A stretch of DNA of 64,000 nucleotides from assembly GCA_019659125.1 (NCBI GenBank), contig JAIFVX010000001.1, positions 15,437 to 79,436 of the forward strand, written 5' to 3'. Below, one piece after another: positions 56,471-64,000 of this stretch. This DNA comes from Candidatus Pacearchaeota archaeon (GTDB taxonomy: Archaea > Nanobdellota > Nanobdellia > Pacearchaeales > GW2011-AR1). Position 1 is the first letter of the stretch; each line of letters opens with the position of its first letter. The notes beneath the pieces are model-generated. The model was not told where the DNA came from. It did no database searches and saw only the letters and a program-made list of their open reading frames with translations. The translations under genes were made by a program, and so were the position numbers.

Positions 56471-58318
56471 ATGGCAGGAACAAGCAACATATATGGTGGA
56501 GGATATAGCCTAGAATCTAATTATTCTGATTACTCAGTGGGAAACATGAATTACAAAGTCCCCGTCTCTCAGTTTGGAGCACCCTCTGACCCTCGAACTG
56601 CAAATCAGCTACAGGCAGTATCCCAAAAATTGAACACCGGTCTAAAAACTATAGAGGTATCTGCGGTTGCCCTAGGCGGAGAGGCTATGAGCCTTATCGA
56701 CCAGATTCCCAAGCAGCAATTCCAGGAAATCAACCGACTGAAGAAATTGACAGGGGTTGATCTGACATTCCATGGCCCCTTAGTCGAAGCGACAGGCTTC
56801 GCAGGCAGGCAGGGGTGGAGTGAGATGGATAGGGAGCAGGCAGAGAGGCAGATGTTCTCCGCTGTGGAAAGAGGCCAGAAGCTTGATCCTGACGGTAATA
56901 TAGTGATAACATTCCACTCAAGCAATGGTTTACCTGAGCCTGTCACTGAAGTCATCAATGAACAAGGAAAGAAAGAAATAACGAGTGTCTGGCTTATTGA
57001 TGAGCGGGATGGAAAATTCGCTCAGATTAAACCCAAAGAAAGCTATTGGGAAGGAAAAAAATATGACGAGCCTGGAAAAATAAATGAGCTGATACAAAAA
57101 CACAATCAAAGTGAGTGGGAAGAACAGCTTCAGAGAGTAAACTACAATCTTCTTCAAGGAACAAACCTTATTGACAATGCTCTTAACCTCGATAAAGTGC
57201 AGAATAGGATTGAAAAACCCGAGCTCCTCAATTACTATAAGACCTATACAGAGAATGCAGAGGAAGGGGACAAAAGAATCCAGCGTCTAGGAGAGTTTGC
57301 TCCCGTGATAAAAGATAAACTGCGCGAGATAACCCAGGGGCAAATCGCCTTAAGCAATACCTATAGTGCATTCCAGAACCTCTATGACGATGCCTACTAT
57401 GCCGCACAAAAAAGCAAATCGACGGATGACCAGAAGAAGCTTGACGCACTGAGAGCAGAAATCTCCCCCAAACTTCACAACATAAAAGACCCTGACAAAA
57501 TTCCAGAGCTTGCCGATGCGCTTCTGCGGGGAATCAACGTTCTGAAGTCCATAGAACCTCCCAAAATCCTAAGGCCATTGCATGATTTCGCCATTGACAA
57601 GGCCTCTGAAACCTTTTCGAATGTTGCCTATAAATCATACAAAGAATTCAAAGAAAAAGCTCCGATCATTAGCATAGAAAATCCTCCTGCAGGAGGCGGA
57701 CAAAGTGGTTTAAGCCGTGCAGAAGACTTGAGAAGATTAGTAGACGAATCACGAAAGAAGTTTGCTGAAAAAGCTATGAAGGAAGGTATGTCCAAATCAG
57801 ATGCAGAATTCCAGGCTGAAAAGCTCATTGGAGTCACGTGGGACGTTGGCCATATTAACATGATTAGAAAGTATGGTTATAGCGAGAAAGATGTCATTAA
57901 AGAATCAGAGAAAATAGGGGACTACGTGAAGCACGTCCATCTTTCCGATAACTTTGGTCTTGAACATACAGAGCTTCCTATGGGGATGGGTAATGTTCCT
58001 ACCAAGGAAATCTTACAGCTCAATGAAAAATACAAACAGGCGAAGAAAATCATCGAAACGGGAGGATGGTTTAAGGATTTCAAGATCACTCCCTTCAACG
58101 AAACACTAAGAGCGTTTAATTCTCCTATCTATGGGATGCAGATGGCCCCTTCATGGGGAACAGCAGCAGGAAGGCAAGGGGGATATTTCGCGGGATATGG
58201 GACATTCCTTCCTGAACAGCACTTCTCGATGTATGGTTCAGGGTTTGCTAATCTTCCTGTTGAGCTCGGAGGACAGATGTCTGGAAGAAACAGGCTCTCC
58301 GGTGCACCAATTGAGTAG
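56471..58318 (+). CDS. xylose-isomerase-like TIM-barrel (sugar-phosphate isomerase/epimerase, AP-endonuclease-2 family) protein with ~330-aa helical insertion
   Basis: 615 aa; N-terminal strands …GLKTIEVSAV…GVDLTFHGPL…NIVITFHSS… and C-terminal …GVTWDVGHINMI…VKHVHLSDNFGLEHTELPMGMGNVP… match the metal-binding DxGH / HxHxD / E pattern of the family, separated by a long coiled-coil-like insert. Confidence 0.55.
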   Translation: MAGTSNIYGGGYSLESNYSDYSVGNMNYKVPVSQFGAPSDPRTANQLQAVSQKLNTGLKTIEVSAVALGGEAMSLIDQIPKQQFQEINRLKKLTGVDLTFHGPLVEATGFAGRQGWSEMDREQAERQMFSAVERGQKLDPDGNIVITFHSSNGLPEPVTEVINEQGKKEITSVWLIDERDGKFAQIKPKESYWEGKKYDEPGKINELIQKHNQSEWEEQLQRVNYNLLQGTNLIDNALNLDKVQNRIEKPELLNYYKTYTENAEEGDKRIQRLGEFAPVIKDKLREITQGQIALSNTYSAFQNLYDDAYYAAQKSKSTDDQKKLDALRAEISPKLHNIKDPDKIPELADALLRGINVLKSIEPPKILRPLHDFAIDKASETFSNVAYKSYKEFKEKAPIISIENPPAGGGQSGLSRAEDLRRLVDESRKKFAEKAMKEGMSKSDAEFQAEKLIGVTWDVGHINMIRKYGYSEKDVIKESEKIGDYVKHVHLSDNFGLEHTELPMGMGNVPTKEILQLNEKYKQAKKIIETGGWFKDFKITPFNETLRAFNSPIYGMQMAPSWGTAAGRQGGYFAGYGTFLPEQHFSMYGSGFANLPVELGGQMSGRNRLSGAPIE

Positions 58319-58347
58319 TAAACATTTAAAAGTATCATAATCGTCTA

Positions 58348-59202
58348 ATGCGCATGGCAAAAAAGGGTGTGGGCGTTTCTAAAAAAGAACGAAAAGAGGA
58401 TGCTGAACCCCGAAAAATCACTTTTACTACCGAAAAAGAAATTGCAATGGATTTTGCGCTTAAAGTGCATAGACGTTTTGACAGGATCATAAAAGCATCC
58501 ATTTTATTCGGCTCTCAGGCAACAAACACTGCCACCTCCTCATCGGATATTGATATTGTCCTTATCTTGGATGATGCATCCATAAATTGGGATATGGAAC
58601 TTGTCTCGTGGTATCGAGAAGAGCTGGCGAAGATGGTAAGCAATGCAGAATATAATCGGGATCTGCATATCAATTCAGTGAAATTGACGACATGGTGGCA
58701 TGACTTGTTGTATGGGGACCCCGTGGTCATCAATATTCTACGATATGGAGAAGGCCTTATTGATACGGGAGGATTCTTTAGTCCTTTGAAAGCATTATTG
58801 CTGCAGGGAAAAATCCGTTCAACACCTGAAGCGGTCTACTCTGCATTGCAAAGATCACCAATGCATCTTGCACGGTCTCGTGCTTCCGAAATGGGCGCCA
58901 TTGAAGGAGTATACTGGGCAATGACCGATGCGTCACAGGCAGCACTTATCACGGCTGGAAAAATGCCTCCCAGTCCTGAGCATATTCCTCTCTTTCTAAA
59001 AGAGACCTTTGTAGATAGAGGAATGCTTAAGATGAATCATGTGAATGCATTACGGGATATCTATCTTCTTCATAAATCGATCTCTCACGGAGAAACAACT
59101 AAGATTCGTGGTGTTGATATCGACCGCTGGCATGACATAGCAGAAACATTCATGAAAGAAATGACGCGTATTATCGACGCGTTGTTGGAATCTAAAAAAT
59201 AA
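58348..59202 (+). CDS. nucleotidyltransferase-domain protein with C-terminal helical domain (KNTase/MNT-HEPN-like fusion)
   Basis: Pol-beta-type NTase motif ILFGSQATNTATSSSDIDIVLILDD followed by ~180 aa of helical sequence. Confidence 0.65.
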   Translation: MRMAKKGVGVSKKERKEDAEPRKITFTTEKEIAMDFALKVHRRFDRIIKASILFGSQATNTATSSSDIDIVLILDDASINWDMELVSWYREELAKMVSNAEYNRDLHINSVKLTTWWHDLLYGDPVVINILRYGEGLIDTGGFFSPLKALLLQGKIRSTPEAVYSALQRSPMHLARSRASEMGAIEGVYWAMTDASQAALITAGKMPPSPEHIPLFLKETFVDRGMLKMNHVNALRDIYLLHKSISHGETTKIRGVDIDRWHDIAETFMKEMTRIIDALLESKK

Positions 59203-59964
59203 TTAAGCTACAGTTTGATACAACTCTTCGCTTGCTCTCTCTGCATCTTTTCCACCCTTCTTGACAGCAGCCTTAAGATTCTGATATGCATATGTGTCTT
59301 GAGTATATGCTCCAAACGATGCATCCATTCTTTGTTTAGATGAACCAGCAGCAATCTGAAGCATCTGAACCGCATGTCGTGTATCAGCAGATGAATAAAT
59401 ATTTGCTACCATGTCCGAAAACTTTTCAGGATCATTATCTTCAAGTCTCAACTTAACAGCTTCTCTTATGAGAGAAGCGCTTTGGTTGATAGCATTACTC
59501 TGTTTCAGAGGATTTTGTGTAGCAAGATCCTGAAGAGCATTCTCCAGTTTCTTAAAATTCTCATGAAGAGGGACTATTTCATCATGCTCTTTCTTTCCAA
59601 TCTTATATGGGGTAATACCCATATAGTTATCAGCAAATTCCTTCTTATGTGTACCATATGCATAATCAACAATATCGTCAGCATCACTCTTGAATGTTTC
59701 ATATGATTTTCTCGTGAATCGCCTGGCAAGAGCATCACCAGTCTGTAAAGCAAGGCTATCAGGACTTTGAGGTGTAATAACAAGGTTTCCAGCAGTTTGG
59801 TTTACAATATTTTCAAGAAATCCTCTTCCTGCAATTCTGTTCTTTGCATCATCTCCAACGAGAGCTTGAGAGGCCTTCGTTAACTTATCGCTTGTTCCAG
59901 CATAAGCTACGAACTCGTCAAACAAATCTTTTGTAGGTGTTTTTGCCATACTAATCCACTGCAC
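59203..59964 (-). CDS. hypothetical protein (253 aa)
   Basis: ORF track; likely start MAKTPTKDL; no motif. Confidence 0.4.
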   Translation of the reverse strand: MQWISMAKTPTKDLFDEFVAYAGTSDKLTKASQALVGDDAKNRIAGRGFLENIVNQTAGNLVITPQSPDSLALQTGDALARRFTRKSYETFKSDADDIVDYAYGTHKKEFADNYMGITPYKIGKKEHDEIVPLHENFKKLENALQDLATQNPLKQSNAINQSASLIREAVKLRLEDNDPEKFSDMVANIYSSADTRHAVQMLQIAAGSSKQRMDASFGAYTQDTYAYQNLKAAVKKGGKDAERASEELYQTVA

Positions 59965-60011
59965 AAACCCTATTTAAATCTTTCTATTGTAAGAACTAAC
60001 GAGTAGTAACA

Positions 60012-62525
60012 TCAGAACACATTGACGGTTCTGTCCTCACGGAGCTCATTGACAGGTTTTTCCTCTTCAGCACTCATCGCATCATTCAGTAAAGGGATAT
60101 CATTCTTCTCCGCTCCCGATGGGCTATACTCAGACTTCTCAAGCTCATGAATGACCACATCCTCTATATCATCTGAATTATAGGCAAACGCCCGGACAGG
60201 CTGGGCCTGCATTTCAAGAGGTGGAGGGCTTGCAGATGCACTCTCCTCTTTCCTTTCTTCTTTCTTTTGCTCCTTCTCAATCTCGGCGATCAATGAGCTG
60301 ACTTTATGCGCCGCATCAGCATTGACTGAGATGCTGTCAATACCCTCTCCCACGAGGAATCGAGCCATGTCCTCCCTACTTCCTGCCTGACCGCATAATG
60401 AGCTCTCGACCCCATACTTCCTACATTTTCGTATAACATATCGTAGAGAATTCAAGACAGCAGGATGCATCTCGGTATAAAGGTCTTGCACTTCAGTGTT
60501 ATTCCTGTCAAGGGCAAGGGTGTATTGTGTCAAATCATTGGTGCCAAAGCTGATGAAGTTGATGCCTTCCTCGCATAGCTCGTTGATAATCTGCACCGCT
60601 GCAGGTGTCTCCACCATGATCCCAAGAACAACATTGCTTGGAATACCAAGCTCGCGAGCAAGTTCCTTAGTCCTTCGTACCTCATCAACACTAATGACTT
60701 GAGGCATCATGATTCCAATCTTCTTATCAGGGAATGTATTTGCAACCCTGAATGCTGCGCTGATTTCGGCCTTCAATATTTCAGGGTGCTTCAAGCTATA
60801 GCGAATTCCATGGTCTCCCAACATCGGATTCCCCTCATTGAGTTTCGGAGAGCCCTCAAGATTCCTGTATTCATCACTTCTGATATCTGAGGTCCTGACC
60901 CATATCTCTTTGAAAGGTGTTGCAATGGTGTGCAATCCTTTGTAGACAACCTCGATATAGTCATTGATCTTGTTATGATTGACGAAGTGAAGCGGATGTT
61001 TTCCTGAACGTCCGATAATACCCTCTAATCGGACAAGACCAACAGAGGTTGCTTTTGATAGTGCAGCCCGCTCAGCATATTCAGGAAGGTCAACAATGAC
61101 CTTGATTTTTGTCTTAGTAGGCACAACTGGTAATATTTCCACCTCTTTTGTCTCACCTTTGCCTTCCAACACCTTTCCTATATTTCCATCAACGGTAATC
61201 ATCTGTCCATCATGAAGCGTTTCCGTAGCACTGCCCGTACCTACAACAGCAGGGATTCCCATCTCGCGGGAGACAATAGCTGCATGAGAGGTTATTCCAC
61301 CCTCATTAGTAACAATAGCGCTTGCTCGTTCCATGGCAATTACCATGTCCGGATTAGTCATTTCCGTGACAAGAACATCTCCTTTCATGACCTTGCTCAA
61401 TTCAGACTCATCATGGATGATTTTTACAGGTCCTGTGCCTACCCCTGGACTTGCTCCAAGTCCGGAAAGAAGCACGCTACCAATAGAAGCAGCCTGATGC
61501 TGCTGTTCCTTATGGAGCGTCGTGATTGGCCGTGATTGCACAATGAATAACTCACCCTTGCTGATGCAAAACTCTATATCTTGAGGCTTTCCATAATGCT
61601 TTTCAAGCTCCATACCATATGAAGCCAGTCTTTTTATCTCATAATTACTCAAAACCTGCTGGGTTGCCCGATCAGACGTGAGCTTGACAACCGTGGTTTT
61701 TCCTGAAGAATCTCGGACAATAGCACTTTTTTTCTCATTGACCTTTGTTTCCTTAATCGTTTCATCGTCCCTACCAACCATGTAATGATCAGGTTTTATC
61801 CTTCCTGATACGATTCCTTCACCAAGTCCCCAGACAGCCTCAATCACTACATTATTATCATGCTTGACAGGATTTCGTGAGAACATGACTCCAGACTTAT
61901 CAGAATCAATCATCTTCTGAACAACGACAGCAAGATAAGAAGAATTTCCAAACCCTTTCTTTATTCTATAATAAATGGCTCTGGCATTGAAAAGTGATGA
62001 GAAACACTGCTTTACCTTCCGGATAAGCTCGACATGCCCTTTTACATTCACATAACTGTCCTGCTGGCCAGCAAAGCTTGCATCAGCCAGGTCTTCAGTC
62101 GTTGCAGAGCTTCTGACAGCAACAAAAGGAGGCTCATGAGAATTTTTTAATATCCCTTTTGCATGCCCATGCACATTCTCAAGGCTCTGTTTATCGACGT
62201 CTAGAATATCGTAAGCCTCAATGATCTCCTCTTCCAAATCTTTGGGCAACTTGGCATTTTCAATGAGGGAGCGTATCTTTTCAGAGGCTTTCTGCAATAC
62301 CTTAGTATCCTCAATATCAAGGTGCTCTAGAATAGAATCAATCTCTTGTTTCAATCCGGCATGCTCGATAAAATAAGCGTATGCCTGGGCAGTTATCACG
62401 AACCCTGGCGGTATAGGGAATTTAAAATTATACATCTCTGCCAGGCTCGCGCCCTTGCCCCCAGCAATAGAGATATCTTTATTGCTCAGCTCAGAGAACC
62501 ACTTTACCAGCCCCTCTTTTTCCAT
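60012..62525 (-). CDS. ppsA: phosphoenolpyruvate synthase (pyruvate, water dikinase) with ~80-aa acidic C-terminal extension
   Basis: 837 aa; N-terminal PPDK_N (…ISIAGGKGASLAEM…), phospho-His domain GGITSHAAIVSREMGIPAVVG, C-terminal PEP-utilising TIM barrel. Confidence 0.88.
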   Translation of the reverse strand: MEKEGLVKWFSELSNKDISIAGGKGASLAEMYNFKFPIPPGFVITAQAYAYFIEHAGLKQEIDSILEHLDIEDTKVLQKASEKIRSLIENAKLPKDLEEEIIEAYDILDVDKQSLENVHGHAKGILKNSHEPPFVAVRSSATTEDLADASFAGQQDSYVNVKGHVELIRKVKQCFSSLFNARAIYYRIKKGFGNSSYLAVVVQKMIDSDKSGVMFSRNPVKHDNNVVIEAVWGLGEGIVSGRIKPDHYMVGRDDETIKETKVNEKKSAIVRDSSGKTTVVKLTSDRATQQVLSNYEIKRLASYGMELEKHYGKPQDIEFCISKGELFIVQSRPITTLHKEQQHQAASIGSVLLSGLGASPGVGTGPVKIIHDESELSKVMKGDVLVTEMTNPDMVIAMERASAIVTNEGGITSHAAIVSREMGIPAVVGTGSATETLHDGQMITVDGNIGKVLEGKGETKEVEILPVVPTKTKIKVIVDLPEYAERAALSKATSVGLVRLEGIIGRSGKHPLHFVNHNKINDYIEVVYKGLHTIATPFKEIWVRTSDIRSDEYRNLEGSPKLNEGNPMLGDHGIRYSLKHPEILKAEISAAFRVANTFPDKKIGIMMPQVISVDEVRRTKELARELGIPSNVVLGIMVETPAAVQIINELCEEGINFISFGTNDLTQYTLALDRNNTEVQDLYTEMHPAVLNSLRYVIRKCRKYGVESSLCGQAGSREDMARFLVGEGIDSISVNADAAHKVSSLIAEIEKEQKKEERKEESASASPPPLEMQAQPVRAFAYNSDDIEDVVIHELEKSEYSPSGAEKNDIPLLNDAMSAEEEKPVNELREDRTVNVF

Positions 62526-62611
62526 TCCTTAGAAAAAACAAACAGAGTTAATAAAGATTACTGAGAGAGTTAAAACTAAATAAAAAAGAAAAAACATAAT
62601 TCTACGAAGGC

Positions 62612-62881
62612 TTAACGCCTTCTGTTGTTGAACATCCTGACTATGAACAGTAGGATGACGGCTCCGACAATGGCGGCGATAATCTGCATGACAAGGCCTC
62701 CCGTTCCAATTCCAATAGCGCTAAAAATGAGGCCTCCAATCAAAGCTCCGATCACACCGACAATTAAGTCTCCAATGAGTCCAAAGGCAACTCCCTTAAC
62801 CATAATGTCGGCTAGGAAACCCGCCAATAACCCGATACCGAGAAAGACTAGTATACTTATTGCATCAGCCATAGGTAACAC
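62612..62881 (-). CDS. GlsB/YeaQ/YmgE-family (transglycosylase-associated) small membrane protein
   Basis: 89 aa; Gly-zipper-rich TMs (…GLLAGFLADIMVKG…GDLIVGVIGALIGGLIF…) typical of this bacterial family. Confidence 0.7.
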   Translation of the reverse strand: MLPMADAISILVFLGIGLLAGFLADIMVKGVAFGLIGDLIVGVIGALIGGLIFSAIGIGTGGLVMQIIAAIVGAVILLFIVRMFNNRRR

Positions 62882-62962
62882 CTCCTTTTAGCTTTTTAGA
62901 ATGAATAGAAAGGTGTATATTATATCCAATCCTCTTCTCTATTTAAACCTTTTTCCACCCGG

Positions 62963-63670
62963 CTAATATGAATTATACGAATAAGCCCCAACTTCATATC
63001 TAATATCGCCTTTGCTATCTTTTACTTCAGTAATTTTCAGATAATCGAATGGTGTAAAATAGATTTCTTTTCCTTCTAATAAATGCACCAATTCCTTACC
63101 TTCACTTGGAGAGGAAGCAATACGCGTCTTAACAAATGCTTGAGCCAACTCATCAATCGTTTTAATACTATTATGCCGACAAATACAAAAACCGATAGTG
63201 CAACTTTTCAACACTCTTCCACCCTTTCTAGCTCTTTCTTCCAAAGTTCCATAAAACTTTTCAGGGATTGCCCGAGCCATTATTTCCAATATGTTATCAT
63301 CAAACGATGATTTTTTCTTTATCTTCTTGGATTGCTTTTTAGAACCTTTTTCAGATGTTTTATCAGAAACTTTGTATTTATTCCCATAGATTTGTTCTTC
63401 CACTTCGGGATGAAGAGTAAAATAAGTTAGTTCTGCATACAACATATTCTCATTTGTAGATTCCAGCTCGATTCTGTTACCTTGAGTTGTATAAATGACC
63501 TTCTTTCCCTTCTCCATATATAATGTGTGTGGTTTCTTTGTCTCCATCGAGGAGTCTCTAGGTCGACTTTCATTTATCGATGGAACAGACATGGTTTTTC
63601 CCTCAAGAGAACTATTTGACACGGGATCGGTTCGAGGTCTTTCCATTAATCCTTCATCTTCTAATGTCAT
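62963..63670 (-). CDS. hypothetical protein (235 aa)
   Basis: ORF track; Lys/Ser-rich middle region; no motif. Confidence 0.4.
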   Translation of the reverse strand: MTLEDEGLMERPRTDPVSNSSLEGKTMSVPSINESRPRDSSMETKKPHTLYMEKGKKVIYTTQGNRIELESTNENMLYAELTYFTLHPEVEEQIYGNKYKVSDKTSEKGSKKQSKKIKKKSSFDDNILEIMARAIPEKFYGTLEERARKGGRVLKSCTIGFCICRHNSIKTIDELAQAFVKTRIASSPSEGKELVHLLEGKEIYFTPFDYLKITEVKDSKGDIRYEVGAYSYNSY

Positions 63671-63731
63671 AAAAATAAACCCTAGAAGCTATATTTAAAG
63701 CTTTCTTTTTAATTACCTGGCAGTTACAGAA

Positions 63732-64000
63732 TTAAGCAACTTTCTCAAAAGTAATGCGGGTCTTGCACGGCACTTTCGACCGAACAGTGGCAAGCGCATC
63801 CCGGGCGATCTTTGCAGCCTTCTCATTCTGGCATGCGATGAAGAACAGCTGCTGTCCCGGCTTCACTATTGCAGCTCGTCCGATGACAATGCCAAAGGAT
63901 TGTGTCATTCCAGTAGAGATTCTGTCTGCTCCTGCCATTCCACCAGCGCTTTTGTTCTCTCGCTGAAGATGATGGGGGAATACCTTGACGTTAAAATAGA
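63732..64000 (-). CDS. rpl10e: 50S ribosomal protein L10e (uL16), C-terminal part; gene continues beyond the window end
   Basis: …MAGADRISTGMTQSFGIVIGRAAIVKPGQQLFFIACQNEKAAKIARDALATVRSKVPC… matches the conserved uL16/L10e C-terminus; the reading frame stays open to position 64000. Confidence 0.7.
   Translation of the reverse strand, partial: YFNVKVFPHHLQRENKSAGGMAGADRISTGMTQSFGIVIGRAAIVKPGQQLFFIACQNEKAAKIARDALATVRSKVPCKTRITFEKVA

Noticed and set aside
63754-63966. Plus-strand 70-aa ORF at the window end
   Set aside because: It lies antisense to the conserved uL16/L10e coding sequence and is a shadow ORF.
1-64000. Searched for CRISPR arrays, rRNA genes, transposases/integrases and long inverted or direct repeats
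   Set aside because: No regularly spaced repeats, no rRNA-like conserved stretches and no DDE/tyrosine-recombinase motifs were detected by eye; absence is stated with moderate certainty only.

Overview
This 64 kb window reads as an archaeal chromosome segment. It is moderately AT-rich with compact, often overlapping genes, consistent with a small-genome, DPANN-like lineage. The anchor is the conserved transcription/translation supercluster on the minus strand: rpoH, an unsplit rpoB, a single fused rpoA'/A'' ORF, nusA(KH), rps12, rps7, fusA (EF-2) and tuf (aEF-1alpha). The cluster is unusual in three places. Lineage-specific ORFs sit between S12/S7 and between S7/EF-2, and an opposite-strand three-gene cassette is inserted between fusA and tuf. 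The rest of the window holds two tRNAs (Lys-UUU and Pro-GGG), a pyrE-like/pyrF pair and a nucleotide-metabolism island. That island is an nrdR/class II RNR operon with an NrdR-box palindrome, a long dCTP-deaminase-like protein fused to a Nudix-like domain, and a divergent Nudix-like paralog, with further Nudix-like genes scattered nearby. Also present are DNA-repair genes (a MutY-like HhH-GPD glycosylase without an Fe-S motif, a short Ogt and Mpg), three aminoacyl-tRNA synthetases (TrpRS, ThrRS, GluRS) and PEP synthase. Many small membrane or secreted proteins are encoded, including a semiSWEET-like PQ-loop protein, rhomboid, LemA, DedA, HtpX and an archaeal pilin. The most striking accessory element is a bacteriophage-style lysis cassette: a small one-TM pinholin-like ORF translationally coupled to a GH24 (T4-lysozyme-like) muramidase carrying an N-terminal Gly/Ala-rich signal-anchor (SAR-like). 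A block of ORFans at 54.4-60.0 kb is also uncharacterised; it includes a TIM-barrel protein with a ~330 aa insertion and an NTase-helical fusion. No CRISPR array, rRNA or obvious transposase was seen.
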